From a virus, in IMG/VR virus record IMGVR_UViG_3300031800_000001, positions 52,087 through 116,086 of that record: 64,000 nucleotides of DNA; one strand, given 5' to 3'. Numbering within the stretch: position 1 is the stretch's first letter; the number at the start of each line of letters is the position of its first letter. Under the pieces are notes generated by a model. It was not told where the DNA came from, ran no database searches, and worked only from the letters and a program-made list of their open reading frames with translations. Shown here piece after piece: positions 61,901-64,000 of the stretch. The position numbers and the translations under genes are program-made.

Positions 61901-64000
61901 ACCGGTTCATGTTCACAATGAGGGGATAGTATTTGCAACGGGATCGGTAATAAATGTTTTTGCCAGTGGAACCGGTAATTATACAGGTTATAATATAAAT
62001 GTAACGGGTGGAACAAACTATATTACCGGTACAAGTGTTTCAATAACAGGAGGAACAAACTATATTACCGGTGCTGTTTTCGGGGGAATAACTGGCGGAA
62101 CGAATTACTTATCAGGTACAACTTTTTATGTTTCAGGACATGGGAGCTCGATAACTGGCGGCTCGGTATACGTAACCGGAGGAGGCAATATAATTTCAGG
62201 AAATATTGCTTACGTAACCGGGAATCAAGCTTTTGTTACTGGTGGAACGGTTTATATAACAGGCAACTCAATTAACGTATCTGGGGTTTCAAATTACGTA
62301 ACTGGTTATGATATAAATATAGAGGGTGGAATTACTTATCTTTCTGGAACAGGAAATATAACCTTTGGCGATGGCGCGATAGGAAACCTTACCGTTCAGG
62401 GCGATACTTTTATAACGTCAGGTGATTCTATAAATGTAACCGGCGATTCGGTGTATATAACCGGAACTGATATAAGCGTAACGGGGGGTATCGTTTATGT
62501 AACTGGAAGCAGTTTGTCGGTGTCAGGCTATAAGTCCTACGTCTCTGGAAATTTTGTTTATGTAACCGGGGGTGCTGTTTACGCCACGGGCACCACTTAC
62601 GCAACTGGAACTACTTACGCTACAGGCACGACCTATGCCACGGGCACCATCTACTCGACGGGCACAACCTATGCCACAGGGACTACCTACGCTACAGGCA
62701 CAACCTATGCCACGGGCACTATCTACTCGACGGGCACTATCTACTCGACGGGCACCACCTACGCTACGGGCATAACCTACGCCACGGGCACCATCTACGC
62801 CACAGGTATCAACTATATAACCGGTACGGCCCACGTAACGGGAATCAACAGTTATATAAACGGGACAGCTTATGTCACAGGAGAAACCAGCTACATAACC
62901 GGAACAGCCTATGTGACAGGAGAAACCAGCTATATAACCGGCACGGTTTACTCCACAGGAACATCTTATGTAAGCGGAGTGGTCTACGCAACAGGCGTCA
63001 CCTACGCAACAGGAACAACCTACGCAACAGGTATTAACTACATAACCGGAACGGCCTACGTGACGGGAACCAACAGCTACATAACCGGAACAGCCTATGT
63101 GACGGGAGAGACCAGCTATATAACCGGCACGGTTTACTCCACGGGAATATCTTATGTAAGCGGGGTGGTCTACGCAACAGGCGTCACCCACGCAACAGGA
63201 ACAATCTATGCAACAGGAACCACTTACGCAACTGGTAGCTCTTTCTATGTAACTGGAATTAATTACATAACCGGAACAGACATAAACGTAACAGGAATCA
63301 ACTACATAACGGGTGGAACAATACGCATAACCGGCGGGACTAATGTATTTACGGGGGAACTTGTGCAGTTGGTTTCTGGCACATATTACGTGACAGGCGG
63401 AACAGGTTTAAGCATACATGGGGGAACCGTTTATATAACTGGCGGATCTGGATTTAACGTTCCAATAAGCAACTCAACCGTGGTCTTAAGTGGTTCTGGG
63501 CATAATGTGACAATTGAGGCTGGGGCGTCGCTGATTGTGGAAGATACCGGCGTTTTAGATCTAACACAGTTCACTAATCTTACATTTATAAGTGGGACAA
63601 TTAATATAAGCGGTGTTGTAAGTGGGATAGATATAACGGGTGGGGTAACAAATTTCCAAAGTGGAACAGTCATATCCGGGAGTGGGGTAGTTATAGGGAG
63701 CGGCGCAGTTGTTAATATACTAAATACTGGAATATTTACGATAGCAGAGCAATCTACCGTAACGGTGTTAAACACCGGAACTGTTAACGCAACCGGAACT
63801 AAAATATATGTTACGGATGGGCTTAACTATCTTTCGGGGGGAGATATATACGTAACAGGAACAGCTTACGCCACAGGCACTACCTACGCTACGGGAACGA
63901 CCTACGCGACGGGGACAACCTACGCCACGGGAACCCAATATATAACGGGAGAAAATATCTACACCACGGGGGTCAGTTATGTAACTGGGACAACTTATTC
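52971..64000 (+). CDS. giant fibre/adhesin-like virion protein (>3,670 aa, runs off the window): IPT/TIG repeats, LamG, hexapeptide beta-solenoid arrays
   Basis: ATG at 52971, 2 nt after the previous stop (MSSGIIGQTVRIEGQGF...). The same frame reads sensibly at every point checked through to 64000 (...TTGVSYVTGTTY). Its absence from the ORF track is consistent with there being no in-frame stop before the edge. Confidence 0.88.
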   Translation, partial: MSSGIIGQTVRIEGQGFVQIDSVSFPFEPNTDAIGGIDYTFANFSWVNEELLIATIPNGAQWGNPRVGSSLRKQTGTAGEFFVPMPQILGVTTDKPEPGSQMSVSGLGLSGVTGAFFGTGQLPATTVHSGMVDINFLPLTVPYGHIDGPLKIVGQSGLNATYPTMKTNVIITGVQPSSGERHRPGGGEQPFDDIVISGENFATGALVRASTDPSSQDYNRWLVDFNGAETGFGLIGTTGLSGKIPSNANSGLLSIRNSLGGSHANGIDFYVIPGPPVLSAIGPVTGKPAGRHGGNRDHSILISEGDYVTLSGEFFGNTTGLYVYPIGQRDGDHKENLINPQVIAYGANKDNTRIDFSLPTGTGRYRDCDVVIETTRGSATGESSLYIKYPPFIKGFEPKSEFKGNKVDITGSGFFDDSETNVYFSGLASHGGFSGNIGASISGIEGTPDAGLQVMSVYVPGLSEDSNFSIVVDNSVGKSTSPEGQYFGFFAEPEISGFSPTSGTHGTTVIISGTSLVNLVSIYHGNTPVTTYSVLGSRGTGISFQIPSKHAYLTNDYLYRELQVPIRISAVGGSTTTAERFQTIPDSIFYSGHYPDLVARNDFLKISGANLELVTGVRFTGKNDTQTTVEVVPVGYYSLLEPTGFGFPKTGLNIRVPIDADDGKPMLMGEFTNSQSILPIEVFEIVTLDLVKPGTGIYGDSIILSGTDTHQSKYWFQGYSSGHMDMSNISSGVGQFTSAQQGPSFLVTQGGGIGGGIFDPTVEVRLNKHPTWDYIKPLNGNDIYKYGADGEEYVELQIPACLLEDTRLFTSRRDKADVDLTITDYQDLSTTISAYPTISGISATTIRVGQTLYISGINAEKTFINAIGISGTGLAHPGEEGGGNREIEFVSKYSTRQDLLFQDGTEATWFNLGDYFIPNSPFQLLDSSDPLGHIWNAEIRRHIHTSGLRDEGVAKTGLYNIPITISDNFVGTGFLFFWLDEDTVYKSGQTIFEQSFAKPLRQLYRENIAGTPRFYDTVDVNQDGQVTAEDLFYWSGEAGTTNIHKKEGNFYSGWTGTETYQRLRNDLLFKIPIIIEPEILAIGFTEPTSGYHGQQIRLYGTGLANITGLFMRDSGYGISNYNQYDASSSLAKREYNNLYFQIPSDFPISDGTGNASGTLFAQSSFSSDSNADMGSLGLLNVLKSPTITSFTPKEGVVGKTVVTVYGEMLHYTSDLQFISNLDGDLHSSPVWDKVGDGAGGTYLTGLVPTGLVTFPQDFKIRITTDEVGASSSQLGDFIIYEGDTTIYGKLTVLGDTVVENDVNVSGRYLVDSVPIEDTIEHKLHKAIILENKLLHLSAETKNSYTGDGTWQDLTTYNHDATLYNSPVLINSTLQFGWDEGRVPKDQHAIIPITNDLKPETFTLGVMFMPLEVGGTVGDPLIQVPNTHGTIAASYEITYDVNKRFYSKITFNEGSDTSDTSSTLFTAPVETGQYSLVNTTWDGSTHSLYLNGSLVGSDSVGSKTINYVDPSVPVKDFHILTNSTATKHIKGLLRNVHLYSGALSQDNVYENYRRLTSIVVPERDFEISGGALRVSEFGNTGHFALIRDNKMFLSGSGAQFFINDDEVLPASEYLFQNITGTNIQFDLSGVRRDLTLRFGEGTGVGNIAGSASYVGDGVTNAFHLELTEDNIKNVWVSLDGSTLTPTTDYTIDNLTGVVFPQAPKVAEEVLIRQFTDTVVPTPIEYNINLFMTGSGQRLTMTDLSTGTSIQFTGSVDSLEIENYNIYDSDVSITGSVSSVRNEYSGVTTNIYNQALATATNLFNEPGSEVRAYSINPNVFVANEGSVSYISGGEDIIIYSNTGQGRVYITGGRGHTITGNVTMTGGTHTVSTDDVQIYNSVNTIYPTGSTNISGTSNIIYNTGDGLIQYISGTDISIFGTISGTTLSTNAFNINDGATAFITGTNPIINITGGTNIMSLTGEAIITANASFSLSSLTGTTVNITGNAGSIHNAQLVTVEGPETVFANDSNIVNITGHQINSLVVSGRGSTTNIEFDTGILYFSGNFFDSNTLTLHTGRIDATGISFDIRQSQNVHATGGTVVVSNSTGVFSGVNINVISSTGVFYSAKEQPINITGGTNLFTSGTATVSGNLMATSGGNISAVMTNAPHISFHNSTGSITANSGSVFVTGSIVNLSGQTNFVTGNYIFVQSGASIFSGVEIGVTGGVNTITVQSGSDLYVIGGSSSALLKSGNVYITGGANTTYNMLINEDGGYMAITGDINYITGGVIQTITSNQTIISGAVAESNVVRSIITESAVIGRSTVTITNSDDITVAAGAVVETITDNIITNFTLEGGSPRIYRGTSIFNDVTGLIVITGLETLNISGMQSGATIGITGDGMSLYNPSGGVVNLTGSNYKVFNTGGNIFITGSDITVSGDQNFVTGFVTINNGFITGSTVTITGDGTTYVSGGNIDVNSLNTEINELKDSILQSFGNANIDESTVSMLSAGNTYVSGFTTSVVANPGSTTYITGSNIDLDNFGTVSITNSTYTDVTGTTILITDGINTVSGQQFFITGGTNYISGNDVRITGGNNTITGTAYITGTTYSTGIVYATGNIYATGITYSTGNTYATGTTYATGAIYTTGTTYATGVIYATGTIYVTGTTYATGITYATGIQHITGTAYTTGTQYISGTTYATGTQYITGENIYTTGVSYVTGTVYATGTIYATGTTYATGTTYATGTQYITGENIYTTGVSYVTGTTYSTGITYATGTVYATGINYVTGTAYVTGTTSYVTGTAYITGTNNYVTGTAYVTGTAYTTGINYITGTAYTTGINYITGTAYTTGINTYVTGTAYATGINIYVTGTANITGGHNFVTGRGITIQSGTIGITGIESGAILNVYSSDIRMTGDCSGVNIHAGARLFLADTGVIDFTNFTNLVLDGGTGFISGTNISGIHITGGITHITGTINADTGIVIYAGAEVHLHNTGVYHIPEGEPVHVHNEGIVFATGSVINVFASGTGNYTGYNINVTGGTNYITGTSVSITGGTNYITGAVFGGITGGTNYLSGTTFYVSGHGSSITGGSVYVTGGGNIISGNIAYVTGNQAFVTGGTVYITGNSINVSGVSNYVTGYDINIEGGITYLSGTGNITFGDGAIGNLTVQGDTFITSGDSINVTGDSVYITGTDISVTGGIVYVTGSSLSVSGYKSYVSGNFVYVTGGAVYATGTTYATGTTYATGTTYATGTIYSTGTTYATGTTYATGTTYATGTIYSTGTIYSTGTTYATGITYATGTIYATGINYITGTAHVTGINSYINGTAYVTGETSYITGTAYVTGETSYITGTVYSTGTSYVSGVVYATGVTYATGTTYATGINYITGTAYVTGTNSYITGTAYVTGETSYITGTVYSTGISYVSGVVYATGVTHATGTIYATGTTYATGSSFYVTGINYITGTDINVTGINYITGGTIRITGGTNVFTGELVQLVSGTYYVTGGTGLSIHGGTVYITGGSGFNVPISNSTVVLSGSGHNVTIEAGASLIVEDTGVLDLTQFTNLTFISGTINISGVVSGIDITGGVTNFQSGTVISGSGVVIGSGAVVNILNTGIFTIAEQSTVTVLNTGTVNATGTKIYVTDGLNYLSGGDIYVTGTAYATGTTYATGTTYATGTTYATGTQYITGENIYTTGVSYVTGTTY
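60690..61540 (+). repeat. 18-nt-period coding repeat array 1 (xxY(A/V/I/S/T)TG hexapeptide)
   Basis: Examples include ACCTACGCAACCGGC and a 36-bp unit ACCGGCACGGCTTACACCACGGGTATTAATTACATA in tandem at 61350, 61386 and, partially, 61422. Confidence 0.9.
62575..63310 (+). repeat. 18-nt-period coding repeat array 2 (TTYATG-type)
   Basis: Tandem AC(C/T)TA(C/T)GCNACNGGNAC units; about 118 bp are near-duplicated at 62901 and 63087. Confidence 0.9.
63845..64000 (+). repeat. start of repeat array 3; last 110 bp identical to 61089-61198
   Basis: ACGGGAACGACCTACGCGACG...GGGACAACTTATTC is identical at 61089-61198 and 63891-64000. Confidence 0.85.

Noticed and set aside
60501-63191. Minus-strand ORFs 60501..61562 (353 aa) and 62523..63191 (222 aa) with Cys/Arg-rich repeats
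   Set aside because: They are antisense shadows of the hexapeptide arrays of the giant + strand ORF; repeat periodicity keeps the reverse frame open.
60690-64000. Possible CRISPR array or DGR template/variable repeat pair
   Set aside because: Units are in-frame multiples of 18 nt varying mostly at synonymous positions, with no unique spacers. No cas or reverse transcriptase gene is present and no adenine-specific mismatch pattern was seen.
1-64000. tRNA/rRNA genes, introns/inteins, alternative genetic code
   Set aside because: Intergenic gaps are nearly all too short and none showed a cloverleaf. No intein or homing-endonuclease motifs were recognised. Genes tile tightly under the standard code.

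Overview
The window is the virion tail/neck morphogenesis region of a large tailed dsDNA bacteriophage. It is siphovirus-like: no sheath, capsid, portal, terminase or replication genes are visible. From left to right it holds: (1) two duplicated 'fibre + LamG lectin' cassettes, the first collagen-like; (2) an AT-rich block of a two-domain glycosyltransferase, two SPASM-first radical SAM enzymes and three Sulfotransfer_2-type sulfotransferases; (3) neck genes, major tail tube, two chaperone-position genes and a 6,037-aa tape measure protein (TMP); (4) an inverted lambda-like tail-tip module (M, L, K, K', I, J, chaperone); (5) three more tail-tube paralogues; (6) a giant ORF starting at 52971 that runs off the window edge (>3,670 aa) and is missing from the supplied ORF track, with IPT/TIG repeats, a LamG domain and long xxY(A/V/I)TG hexapeptide arrays. 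The strongest candidate for an undescribed system is the TMP. It looks like a motif-punctuated polyprotein: xxGxIPNF and (F/Y/M/R/K/Q)xxGG repeats bracket cargo domains (HAD phosphatase, possible PD-(D/E)xK nuclease, LysM, PG-binding, SleB-like hydrolase), and two intact JAB/NlpC proteases lie nearby. Other highlights are a putative virion glycosylation/sulfation cassette next to Ser-Gly/Thr-Gly-rich fibres and a recurring GTGTAA(A/T) upstream motif that looks like a phage late promoter. All assignments come from motif reading by eye; no database searches were run.
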